Below the pieces are notes generated by a model. That model saw only the letters and a list, made by a program, of their open reading frames with translations. It ran no database searches and was not told where the DNA came from. A DNA stretch of 64,000 bases from the NCBI GenBank assembly GCA_963728205.1, contig CAVSIV010000002.1, forward strand, positions 128,001 through 192,000, given 5' to 3'. Shown here piece by piece: positions 53,279-64,000 of this stretch; position 1 is the stretch's first letter, and each line of letters opens with the position of its first letter. The stretch comes from an uncultured Chloroflexia bacterium. GTDB taxonomy: Bacteria; Chloroflexota; Dehalococcoidia; UBA2979. Both the position numbers and the translations under genes were made by a program.

Positions 53279-54169
53279 TCAGGCGTCGGCCAGTGCGGCT
53301 TCCTCGGCGAGGGCGCGTTCCATGGCGTTGATGGCGACCTGGATCTGCTCGTCGTCCGGGTAGCGCGTGGTCAGCTTCTGCAGCGCGATGTTCCCCGCGA
53401 AGAGCAGCCGCACGAGCGGCACGCGCGTGTGCGCACCGCCGAAGCGGATCACCTCGTAGGAGAGGCCGGCGACTACCGGGATGAGCACGAGCCGCGAGAG
53501 GAAGCGCCACCACAGCGGAGAGGTCCCGGCGAAGACGAACACGACGACCGAGATGACCGCGACCGTGAGCAGGAACGACGTCCCGCAGCGCGGGTGCTCC
53601 TTCTCGTAGCGTCGCACTGCGGCGACGCGGAGCTCGCGACCGTCCTCGTAGGCGCGGATGGTCATGTGCTCGGCGCCGTGGTACTGGAAGACGCGCGCGA
53701 TCTCGCCGGAGCGGCCGATGGCCCAGATATAGCCGATGAGCAGCGCGAGCCGGATCACGCCTTCGATCAGCGTGATCACCCACTGGTGCCCGATCCAGCG
53801 ATCGAGCCAGGTGGTCGCGAGCGCCGGGCCGGCGAAGAAGAACGCCATCGCGAGCGCCAGCACGACGGCCATCCCGGCCCATGCCACCGCGCCCATCGGC
53901 TTCGTCTCGCCGTGCTCGTCGAGGTCGTCAGTGGCGATGGCCGACGACCATGTCAGGGCGCGGAAGCCGAGCGCCATGGTCTCCCAGAGCACGGCCACGC
54001 CGCGCAGCAGGGGGACGCGGCGAACGGCGCCGGTGTAGATACCGCCGAGCCGCTCGGTGCGGCCGACGATCGAGCCGTCCGGCGCGCGCACGGCGACGGA
54101 CATGACGCGCGGTCCGCGGATCATGACGCCCTCGATGATCGCCTGGCCGCCGTAGCTCGCTGCGCTCAT
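53279..54169 (-). CDS. DUF1385 membrane protein
   Basis: GGQAIIEGVM, FQYHGAEH, HPRCGTSF and LQKLTT; downstream of rpmE. Confidence 0.92.
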   Translation of the reverse strand: MSAASYGGQAIIEGVMIRGPRVMSVAVRAPDGSIVGRTERLGGIYTGAVRRVPLLRGVAVLWETMALGFRALTWSSAIATDDLDEHGETKPMGAVAWAGMAVVLALAMAFFFAGPALATTWLDRWIGHQWVITLIEGVIRLALLIGYIWAIGRSGEIARVFQYHGAEHMTIRAYEDGRELRVAAVRRYEKEHPRCGTSFLLTVAVISVVVFVFAGTSPLWWRFLSRLVLIPVVAGLSYEVIRFGGAHTRVPLVRLLFAGNIALQKLTTRYPDDEQIQVAINAMERALAEEAALADA

Positions 54170-54219
54170 AGCGTCACACGATACCCGGGACCGCGGGCGC
54201 GGACGAGGCGGGTCGCAAC

Positions 54220-54258
54220 ACGAAGCCGGGCGGCCCGCGATGGGCCGCCCGGCTTCGT
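54220..54258 (-). terminator. Hairpin after rpmE
   Basis: ACGAAGCCGGGCGGCCC-GCGAT-GGGCCGCCCGGCTTCGT perfect 17-bp stem. Confidence 0.65.
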
Positions 54259-54290
54259 CTGTGAACGGGCGACGCGGTGCGTCGCGCCGA

Positions 54291-54515
54291 CTACTGGCCG
54301 GACTGCTGTCCCTGGTTCGCCTTCTGGTAGCGGCGCCGGAAGCGCTCGACGCGACCGGCGGTGTCGACGATGCGCTGCTCGCCCGTGAAGAACGGGTGGC
54401 ACTGCGAGCAGACGTCGACGTGCATCTGCTCCTGCGTGGAGCGCGTGACCCAGCTGTTGCCACAGGCGCACGTGATCGTCGCCTGCTTGTACTCGGGATG
54501 AATGCTGGCCTTCAT
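54291..54515 (-). CDS. rpmE: 50S ribosomal protein L31 (Zn-binding type)
   Basis: [20 protein letters not shown] and GRVERF. Confidence 0.97.
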   Translation of the reverse strand: MKASIHPEYKQATITCACGNSWVTRSTQEQMHVDVCSQCHPFFTGEQRIVDTAGRVERFRRRYQKANQGQQSGQ

Positions 54516-54557
54516 GGAATGATTGCTCCTGACCGGGCGCCGCGCGCCGGTCGCGAC

Positions 54558-54821
54558 CTAGTCCGCGCTGGGAACGATCGAGACCTGCTTGCGTCGGCCC
54601 TTGGCGTACGGCGTGTAGCGGACGGTGCCCTCGACCCGCGCCCAGAGCGTGAAGTCGCGACCGACGCCGACGTTCTCGCCGGCGTGGAAGCGCGTGCCGC
54701 GCTGGCGGACGAGGATCGACCCGGCGGTGACGACCTGGCCGTCGTGACGCTTGAGCCCGAGGCGCTGCGACTGCGAATCGCGGCCGTTCTTGCTCGAGCC
54801 GCCGGACTTCTTGTGAGCCAT
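54558..54821 (-). CDS. rpmA: 50S ribosomal protein L27
   Basis: [19 protein letters not shown] and [10 protein letters not shown]. Confidence 0.98.
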   Translation of the reverse strand: MAHKKSGGSSKNGRDSQSQRLGLKRHDGQVVTAGSILVRQRGTRFHAGENVGVGRDFTLWARVEGTVRYTPYAKGRRKQVSIVPSAD

Positions 54822-54839
54822 GGCGTGTGCCCCTGTGTG

Positions 54840-55154
54840 CTAGCCGGCCGAGATCGCCGTGATCTCGAGCCGGGTGAGCGGCTGCCGGTGCCCGCGCAGC
54901 TTGCGATGGCGGGTCTTGTTCTTGTAGTTGTAAACGAGCACTTTGTCGGCGCGGACCTGCTCTGCGACGCGCGCGCTGACCGAGGCGCCCTCGACGAGCG
55001 GCGTGCCGACCTGTGGGTCGCCATCGCCCTCGACCATGAGGACCTCAGAGAGCGTCACCTCGTCGCCGGCGGCGGCTTCGAGCCGCTCGACGTCGATCCG
55101 GTCGCCCTCGCGCACGCGGTATTGCTTCCCGCCGGTGCGGATGACTGCGTACAT
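54840..55154 (-). CDS. rplU: 50S ribosomal protein L21
   Basis: MYAVIRTGGKQYRV and GHRQ. Confidence 0.98.
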   Translation of the reverse strand: MYAVIRTGGKQYRVREGDRIDVERLEAAAGDEVTLSEVLMVEGDGDPQVGTPLVEGASVSARVAEQVRADKVLVYNYKNKTRHRKLRGHRQPLTRLEITAISAG

Positions 55155-55245
55155 ACCGCCTCTTCCGAAACTTGGGTAGATTGAGTCTAGGGAGCGTCCG
55201 GCGCCAGCGTCAACGCGCGACGGGGAGGGGAAGCTGCTGCACCCG

Positions 55246-55935
55246 GTGCTTCACCTCCTCGGTCTCCCGGTGCAGCTGCTCGGTTGGCTGACGGACTGGC
55301 TCTTTCTCACCATTCGGGCGCTGTTCGACCAGTTCGGCGTGCCCATCGTCTTCCTTTCCGGCCTGGCGGAGGCCACCTTCGGCGTCGGCATCGTGTTTCC
55401 CGGCGTGATCATCATGTTCCTCGGCGGTGCGCAGTCGGCAGGCGACGCGGGGCGGCTGCTCCTCGTGTTCGTCGCCGCCGTCGCGGGCACGACCCTGGGG
55501 GACGTCGTTTCCTACGCGCTCGGGCGCTGGGGAGCGCACTACCTCATCCGCTCACGCTTCGCGTCGTCCGTCCGGCTCGGGGCCGCGCTGCTCGACGGTC
55601 GCGCGCGCTGGTTCATCCCGCTCTACCACCTCTACAGCGTGACGCGCGCCGTCGGGCCGTTCGGGGCGGGTGCGGTGCGCATGCCGGTCGCCGCCTGGCT
55701 GCCGCTGGATCTCCTCGGCGCAGCCGTCGCGAACGCCGTGTGGGTCGCGGGCGGTGCCCTCCTGGGAACTGCCGTGCTCACCGACGACGGCCGCCTCCAG
55801 ACGCACCCCGCGCTCCGGATCGGCCTGGTCGCGGCCGGCGTGCTCTGGTTCCTGCTCTTCCGACACGTTGTGCAGCGGCGCTTGCATGAACTGGCGAACG
55901 TGCCGCCGCCGGTCCCCCCCGCCTCCTCCCCGTAG
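55246..55935 (+). CDS. DedA/VTT family membrane protein
   Basis: AE...GVGIVFPG, LGDVVSYALGR and R.V.PF.AG...M. Confidence 0.85.
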   Translation: MLHLLGLPVQLLGWLTDWLFLTIRALFDQFGVPIVFLSGLAEATFGVGIVFPGVIIMFLGGAQSAGDAGRLLLVFVAAVAGTTLGDVVSYALGRWGAHYLIRSRFASSVRLGAALLDGRARWFIPLYHLYSVTRAVGPFGAGAVRMPVAAWLPLDLLGAAVANAVWVAGGALLGTAVLTDDGRLQTHPALRIGLVAAGVLWFLLFRHVVQRRLHELANVPPPVPPASSP

Positions 55936-56012
55936 GAACGCGGCGACGGGAGGCACCCGCGGATGAACGCCGGCGCCCGCCGGCGCGCTCAGGGCGTCCA
56001 CCGGCCGCAGGC

Positions 56013-56045
56013 GCGAATGGGGCCGGCATTGCCGGCCCCATTCGC
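56013..56045. terminator. Hairpin between convergent dedA and ftsH
   Basis: GCGAATGGGGCCGGCA-T-TGCCGGCCCCATTCGC inverted repeat. Confidence 0.65.
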
Positions 56046-56067
56046 TGCATCACCAGGTCCGCGGCCG

Positions 56068-58071
<2,004 letters not shown>

Positions 58072-58342
58072 GAGTGCACCTGCGTTCTGCTGGGCCTGGA
58101 GGAGATGGGCAGACGGTTGATCATCAGAAGGGCGTAACCCCCGGATCATCCGGGATTGCTGAGGACCCGACCGGACGCCGCCCGTGCGTTCAGTGTAGCA
58201 CCCAGGCCGGATTCAGCCGCGGCCCGATCGGACCGGGCGTGACATGACGATCGTCGGCATCGCGGCCCCCGGTCGATACCCGCGGGGAGTGGCGGCCGGG
58301 CCTCCGCACGGGCGAGACCCCCGGGACCGCCGGATAAGGAGC

Positions 58343-58552
58343 CTAGTCGTCTTCCTCGTCGTCGTCCTCCTGGTCGACGTAGAGCTTCCCATTGGAGGCC
58401 CAGTCCTCGACGGAGTACTCGCTGAACAGAATGGTCGTGGCTTCCGGGGTGGTGTGAGCGATGTTGCAGATCGCGTCCGTGATGACCCGTGCGAGCTCGC
58501 GCTTCTGGGCGACCGAGCGGCCGGGCAACATCTCGATGCGCACGATGGGCAT
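58343..58552 (-). CDS. 4-oxalocrotonate tautomerase family protein
   Basis: Catalytic Pro1 (MPIVRIEM), GRS..QK and W..NG. SD AAGGAG. Confidence 0.9.
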   Translation of the reverse strand: MPIVRIEMLPGRSVAQKRELARVITDAICNIAHTTPEATTILFSEYSVEDWASNGKLYVDQEDDDEEDD

Positions 58553-58663
58553 GCGAGGCTCCTTTCGCGTCGGGCGCATCATACGGTTCGCGACGCCGGC
58601 TTCCGGACCGAGGCAGGCATCCGATCAGTTGCCTGCACGAAATCTCGGTGCCTAGGATCCACC

Positions 58664-59332
58664 ATGCGTCGTGACCCGCTGAACGCGCCCGTCCGGCCGA
58701 CCTGGCGTACCGAGAAGCAGCTGTGGCGCCTCGGCGCGACGCGCGTGGCCGGGGTCGACGAGGTGGGCCGCGGACCGCTCGCGGGGCCGGTCGTAGCGGC
58801 TGCGGTCGTGATCCCTCGAACTAGGTCCGGCTGGAACTCTCGCGCGCACTGGATTGGGCGGCTGCGCGACTCCAAGCAGCTCGGCGCGGCCGAGCGCGAG
58901 GAGTTGGCGGTCGTGATCCGCGAGCGCACCGAGTGGGGGATCGCCGCCGTGTCGGCTCAGGTCGTCGATCAGATCAACATTCTGCGCGCGACGCGACTGG
59001 CGATGGCTCGCGCGCTCGCGCAGTTGCCGGCCGCGCCGGACGCGGTGATCGTCGACGGGCGCGAGGTGATCGACGGAGTCGCTCGGCAGCAGGCGGTGAT
59101 CGACGGCGACGCGCTGTGCGTGTCAGTGGCGGCCGCGAGCATCATCGCGAAGGTGTACCGGGACGCGCTGATGACGCGGCTCGAGGCGCACTTCCCGGGA
59201 TACGGGTTTGCGGAGAACAAGGGGTACGCGACGGCGGAGCACCGGGCGGCGCTGCGAAGACTGGGATACAGCAACGTGCACCGGCTCTCGTTCGAGCCGG
59301 TGCGTGCGGCACTGGGGGCAATGACGCGATGA
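58664..59332 (+). CDS. rnhB: Ribonuclease HII
   Basis: GVDEVGRGPLAGPV, DSKQL, AASIIAKV.RD, KGY.T..H and HRLSF. Confidence 0.96.
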   Translation: MRRDPLNAPVRPTWRTEKQLWRLGATRVAGVDEVGRGPLAGPVVAAAVVIPRTRSGWNSRAHWIGRLRDSKQLGAAEREELAVVIRERTEWGIAAVSAQVVDQINILRATRLAMARALAQLPAAPDAVIVDGREVIDGVARQQAVIDGDALCVSVAAASIIAKVYRDALMTRLEAHFPGYGFAENKGYATAEHRAALRRLGYSNVHRLSFEPVRAALGAMTR

Positions 59333-59697
59333 ACGACCCGCGACGGCGCATGGGCGACGCCGGTGAGCGGCTCGCCGCGGATTACCTGACGCGGCAGGGC
59401 TACGAGATCGTCGATCGCAACGTGCGGCGGCGCGAAGGGGAGATTGACCTCGTCGCGGTGGACGACGGCACGCTCGTGTTCGTCGAGGTCAAGCTGCGGC
59501 GCTCCGGCCGCGCCGGCTCCGCGGTGCAGCAGATCTCGCCCGCGAAGCACGCCCGGTTGCGGGAGCTGGCGACCGCGTACGCGGCGGAGCATCCGAACCT
59601 TCCGAGCAACCTCCGCATCGACGTGGTGGCGATCGACCTCACGGTGAGCGGCGAGGTGGGCAAGCTGAACCACGTGCGGAGCGCCGTCGAGGACTGA
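59329..59697 (+). CDS. YraN family (UPF0102) endonuclease-like protein
   Basis: G..GE..A..YL...GY, GEIDLV, LVFVEVK.R and RIDVV. Confidence 0.93.
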   Translation: MNDPRRRMGDAGERLAADYLTRQGYEIVDRNVRRREGEIDLVAVDDGTLVFVEVKLRRSGRAGSAVQQISPAKHARLRELATAYAAEHPNLPSNLRIDVVAIDLTVSGEVGKLNHVRSAVED

Positions 59698-59745
59698 GCC
59701 CGTCCCGCCCGCGCCTGCCGCTCGGACGCTAGACTCGGATCCGTT

Positions 59746-60168
59746 ATGCCGATCTACCAGTACGACTGCGCCGGTTGCACGCGCCGCGTCGACATCTTCT
59801 TCCGCTCGGTCAGCAAGGTCGGGACGCCGGTGTGTCCCGAGTGCGGCAGCAAGCGGCTGAAGCGTGTGGTGTCGCAGGTCGCGCGGGCGCGTTCCGACCG
59901 CGAACGGCTCGACGCCATCGACATGCAACAGGAGATGGGGCGGCTGGAGTCGGGAGACGTCGGCGGATTCGCGCGCTGGGCGCGTCAGATGGGCGAGCAG
60001 TACGACGGCACGCTCGGCTCCGAGTTCAGCGAGATGGCCGACAAGGCGGAGGCCGGTGAGGACCCGATCGAGCGCGTGGACCCGGCCTTCACGTTGAAGT
60101 CGCGCGTGGAGCGCCGGCGGTCCGAGCTCGAAGCCGCGTCCGACGGCGGCGCGACGGGCGACGCCTGA
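59746..60168 (+). CDS. FmdB family zinc-ribbon protein
   Basis: MPIYQYDCAGC...CPECGS. Confidence 0.85.
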   Translation: MPIYQYDCAGCTRRVDIFFRSVSKVGTPVCPECGSKRLKRVVSQVARARSDRERLDAIDMQQEMGRLESGDVGGFARWARQMGEQYDGTLGSEFSEMADKAEAGEDPIERVDPAFTLKSRVERRRSELEAASDGGATGDA

Positions 60169-60515
60169 TGCCGATCTATGAGTACCGCTGCGACGACTGC
60201 CGTGGCGTGACGAGCGTGTTCGTGCGCTCGACACGCGCGACGGTGGACGCCCGGTGCGAGCACTGCGAGTCGGCGCGGATGACGCGGATCATGTCGCGCG
60301 TGAACCGCGTGAAGACCGAGCAGGACGTGCTCGACGAGCTGGGTGCGCCGGGCGCGGGGGCCCGCCCGGAGGACTCGTATCGCGACCCGCGCCAGATCGG
60401 GCACTGGGTGGAGCGCCGGTTCGAGGAATACGGCATGGACGTGCCCGACGAGACGCGACAGATGATCGACGCCGCGCGCGAGGGCGAGCTCCCGGACCCG
60501 ATCAAGGATCTGTAG
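60168..60515 (+). CDS. FmdB family zinc-ribbon protein (second paralog)
   Basis: MPIYEYRCDDC...CEHCES; TGATG overlap with the upstream gene. Confidence 0.85.
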   Translation: MPIYEYRCDDCRGVTSVFVRSTRATVDARCEHCESARMTRIMSRVNRVKTEQDVLDELGAPGAGARPEDSYRDPRQIGHWVERRFEEYGMDVPDETRQMIDAAREGELPDPIKDL

Positions 60516-60725
60516 CCGCACCGACGACCGTGCGCGCACGCGCGCCGGAACCGGCGGTCGGGCGCCTCTCGCTCACCGCCGGCGCACGCGGGCACGCCGC
60601 CCCGGTCCCGTCTCGCGATCCCCCTGCGCACGACCGTGCCCGTACGCGCGCGCGATGTTACGCTCCCGCGCGGCCCGCGGCCGCCTACCCGGTTTCAGGG
60701 TCGCCCAGGGGAGGGACCACCAGGG

Positions 60726-62797
60726 ATGAACAGTCTGATCATCGCGCTCGTCGCAGGGGTACTTGCCCTGCTCTTCGCGCTCATCACCGCCCGCCGGGTG
60801 ATCGCCGAGGACGAGGGCAACGACACGATGCGGGCGATCGCGAAGGCGATCCAGGAGGGAGCGGCCGCGTTCCTGCGGCGCGAATACACCTTCCTCGCGT
60901 TCTTCGTCGTCGTGGTCTTTATCGTGCTCGCCGTCTTCATCGACTACGACATCCTGAACCGCTTCCCCGACCTGCAGGGCAACTTCACCGGGCTGCCGCG
61001 CACGGCCATCTCATACCTGATCGGCGCGATCTCATCCGCCGGCGCCGGGTACGTCGGCATGTTCGTCGCGGTGCGCGCCAACGTGCGCACGGCGAACAAG
61101 GCGCGCGAGGGGCTGAACCCGGCGCTGCGCGTCGCGTTCTCCTCCGGCTCCGTCATGGGCATGACGGTGGTGGGTCTCTCGCTCTTCTTCATCACGCTGC
61201 TCTACCTGATCTGGCAGGACGTGCAGCCGCTCACCGGCTTCGCCTTCGGCGCGTCGTCGATCGCGCTGTTCGCGCGCGTCGGCGGCGGCATCTACACGAA
61301 GGCGGCCGACGTCGGCGCCGACCTGGTCGGCAAGGTCGAGGCCGGCATCCCGGAGGACGACCCGCGCAACCCGGCGACGATCGCCGACAACGTCGGCGAC
61401 AACGTCGGCGACGTGGCCGGCATGGGCGCCGACCTGTTCGAGTCGTACACGGGGTCGATCGTGGCGGCGATGTCGCTGGCGACGCTGGCGATCATCAGCG
61501 CCGGGCAGAACGCGGTGTTCGCGAACTCCGCCATCGAGAAATACACGTCGAACGCGTTTACGCTCCCGCTGCTCGTGATGGGCATCGGCATCATCGCGTC
61601 GATCATCGGGTCGCTCCTCGTGCGCACCGGCGAGGACGCGATCGATGGGGCGTCTGCTGTGGGCGCTGCGCATCGGCATCTTCTCCGCCGGCGGCCTGAT
61701 CCTGGTCGGGACCGCCGCGGCGATCCTGATGCTCAACCTCGACTTCAAGCTCTTCTGGGCGGTGGTGGTCGGCCTCGTCTGCGGCCAGGTCATCGGCACG
61801 GTGACCGAGTACTACACGGCCTACGAGTACGCGCCGACCCGCAAGCTCGCCGACCAGGCACAGACCGGCGCCGGCACGCTCGTGATCGGCGGCCTCGGGC
61901 TCGGCATGCTGTCGACCGCGATCCCCGTCGATCGTGATCGTGGCCGCGATCTATTTCACCTACCAGCTGGCCGGCCTCTACGGCATCGCCCTCGCGGCGG
62001 TCGGCATGCTGTCGAGCCTGGGCGTGACGCTGGCAACCGACGCGTACGGCCCGGTCGCCGACAACGCCGGCGGCATCGCCGAGCAGGCGCACCTGCCGGC
62101 CGAGGTGCGCGAGCGCACCGACGCGCTCGACTCGCTCGGCAACACGACGGCCGCGACCGGCAAGGGCTTCGCCATCGGCTCCGCAGTGCTGACGGCCCTC
62201 GCGCTGGCCGTCACCTACTCGCACGTCGTGCACATCCAGGTGTTCAACCTGTTGCAGGTCGAGGTCCTCATCGGGCTGCTGCTGGGCGCGCTGATGCCGT
62301 TCATCTTCGCCGCGCTGACCATGGGCGCCGTGGGGCGTGCCGCGATGGCGATGGTGAACGAGGTGCGCCGCCAGTTCCGCGAGCACCCGGGCATCATGGA
62401 CGGCTCGGAGCAGCCCGATCCGGCGGGCGCGGTCGCCATCGCGACCGACGGCGCCATCCGCGAGATGGTGCTGCCCGGCCTGCTCGCCGTGGTGATCCCG
62501 ATCGCGGTGGGCGCGTTCCTCGGCGCCGAGGCGCTGGGCGGCCTGCTCATCGGCTCGGTGGGCTCCGGCTCGCTCCTCGCGCTGATGATGGCGAACGCCG
62601 GCGGCGCCTGGGACAACGCGAAGAAGTTCATCGAGACCGGCCAGTTCGGCGGCAAGGGCTCCGACGCGCACAAGGCGGCGGTCGTGGGTGACACCGTCGG
62701 CGATCCGTTCAAGGACACCGCCGGTCCCGCCATGAACATCCTGCTGAAGCTGATGGCGATCGTCGCCGTCGTGTTCGGTCCGCTCTTCCTGCGCTAG
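60726..62797 (+). CDS. hppA: Membrane-bound K+-stimulated (probably Na+-translocating) pyrophosphatase; frameshifts near 61641 and 61929
   Basis: [68 protein letters not shown] and [11 protein letters not shown], spread over three frames. Confidence 0.95.
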
Positions 62798-62820
62798 TGC
62801 GGCCGCGCAGGCTGAACGTC

Positions 62821-62848
62821 GAACGGGCACCCGAGAGGGTGCCCGTTC
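62821..62848. terminator. Hairpin terminator after hppA
   Basis: GAACGGGCACCC-GAGA-GGGTGCCCGTTC between convergent genes. Confidence 0.75.
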
Positions 62849-62873
62849 TGCGATCCGGGCGGTGCGCGGCCGG

Positions 62874-63554
62874 CTAGTCGTCCGGGTCGAAGCCGAGCGT
62901 GGCGCGCGTGCTCACGAGGAACGGGTTGTGTTGCCGCTCCTCGCCGACGGTGGTCGCGGTGCCGTGGCCCGGGTAGACGCGCGTGTCGTCGGGTAGCGTC
63001 AGCAGGTGGTCGCGGATCGAGCGGATCAGCGCGCGGCCGTCGGAGCCCGGGAAGTCGAAGCGGCCGATCGAGCCCTGGAAGAGCACGTCGCCGGTGAAGA
63101 CCGCGCCGGGCTCGCCGCCCGCGGCGGGCGTGGCGATGCAGATGCTGCCGGGGGTGTGCCCGGGGCAGTGCAGCACGCGAAGCTCGAGCGCCCCGACCGT
63201 GAAGCTGTCTCCGTGCGCGACTAAGCGGTCGGGGGTGCGCGGCGGCGTCACGGGGTGGCCGTACCAGGCCGGTGCCGACGGGGCCGACTCCGCGATCAGC
63301 GGGTAGTCGACCGCGTGCATCAGGAACGCGGCACCCGGGAGGCCCTCGAGCAGGTCGTGCAGGCCGCCCGTGTGGTCGAGGTGGTGGTGCGTCGCCAGGA
63401 CGGTGGTGACCCGCAGATCGCGCTCCCGGAACTGCTCCAGCAGGGCGGCGGCCTGGTCGCCGGGGTCGATGACGGCGACCTCGCGGGTGGCCTCGTCGCC
63501 GACGACGAAGCAGTTGGCCTGCAGGCGTCCAACGACGAACGCGTGGAGCAGCAT
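62874..63554 (-). CDS. MBL-fold metallo-hydrolase (YcbL/glyoxalase II-like)
   Basis: IDPG, THHHLDH, PGHTPG, TGDVLF..SIGR.D, PGHG and NPFL. Confidence 0.92.
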   Translation of the reverse strand: MLLHAFVVGRLQANCFVVGDEATREVAVIDPGDQAAALLEQFRERDLRVTTVLATHHHLDHTGGLHDLLEGLPGAAFLMHAVDYPLIAESAPSAPAWYGHPVTPPRTPDRLVAHGDSFTVGALELRVLHCPGHTPGSICIATPAAGGEPGAVFTGDVLFQGSIGRFDFPGSDGRALIRSIRDHLLTLPDDTRVYPGHGTATTVGEERQHNPFLVSTRATLGFDPDD

Positions 63555-63764
63555 GGGCGCCTCTCGTTGTGGTCGGGGGGTGCGCGGGGATTCTCCGGGC
63601 GGTCCCGGGCGCGCGCAACCACGTGCTCCGACACGCCGCCGGGCGCGGCGCCTCCAGAATCTCGCGGAGCATGCCGAAGATCCCTGAAGCGGGCCTGCTC
63701 CACGGAGGGGGCGGCGTCGGTGATCCGGCGCAGCGGCCGCGGCGATCGAGGCGGAGGCGGCGCG

Positions 63765-64000
63765 ATGGCGAACGGGTGGGGCGCGACAGCGACGGCGGCC
63801 GACGGGATCCTGCGCGCCGCGTTCCGCGGCGCCACGGCGACGGCCGGCGTGGTCCTCGAGCCGGCGCGGCGCATCGAGCTGCTCGCGCACTTCAGCGGCG
63901 CCTTCGACCTGGGCGAGTCGCAGCCGGTGGGCCATGCCGCGCGCGTTGCGCACCTGGCGTTCCGCATCGCCGGCGAGCTGCACCTGCCGGCGGCGACGCG
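63765..64000 (+). CDS. HD-GYP/HD domain protein, 3' end truncated (absent from the ORF track)
   Basis: SD GGAGG, ATG at 63765; reads ...ELLAHFSGAFDLGESQPVGHAARVAHLAFRIAGEL, like the N-terminus of HD-GYP proteins. Confidence 0.7.
   Translation, partial: MANGWGATATAADGILRAAFRGATATAGVVLEPARRIELLAHFSGAFDLGESQPVGHAARVAHLAFRIAGELHLPAAT

Overview
Very GC-rich chromosomal window from a Chloroflexota bacterium. The 16S sequence and gene content suggest a Dehalococcoidia-like lineage that keeps a peptidoglycan elongasome. Most of it is core genome: typA, recQ, a B12 methylmalonyl-CoA mutase cluster, tilS, one rRNA operon, 5 tRNAs, rpsA, clpC, mreBCD-mrdA-rodA, ligA, hisHAFI, F420 genes, rplU-rpmA-rpmE, ftsH, rnhB and hppA. 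I saw no mobile elements or CRISPR arrays. The strongest hidden signal is UGA recoding that the ORF track misses. There are two probable selenoproteins: a GrdB/PrdB-like protein (LVPL-U-PVCH, 2343-3260) and a radical SAM enzyme with a WFC-U-AEP tail (9698-11167), each followed by a SECIS-like hairpin. The radical SAM gene sits in a convergent module, nfuA-rSAM(Sec) >< usp-ATP-grasp-iscA, which looks like an uncharacterised Fe-S/selenium-dependent biosynthetic or modification system. Other oddities: the 5S gene is separated from 23S by tRNA-fMet and a terminator; a candidate structured RNA lies between rpsA and clpC; RecQ has an in-frame zinc-ribbon extension with no canonical start codon; and about nine single-base frameshifts, probably long-read errors, occur, five of them at GATC-like sites. 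All family calls come from recognising motifs by eye; no database searches were run.
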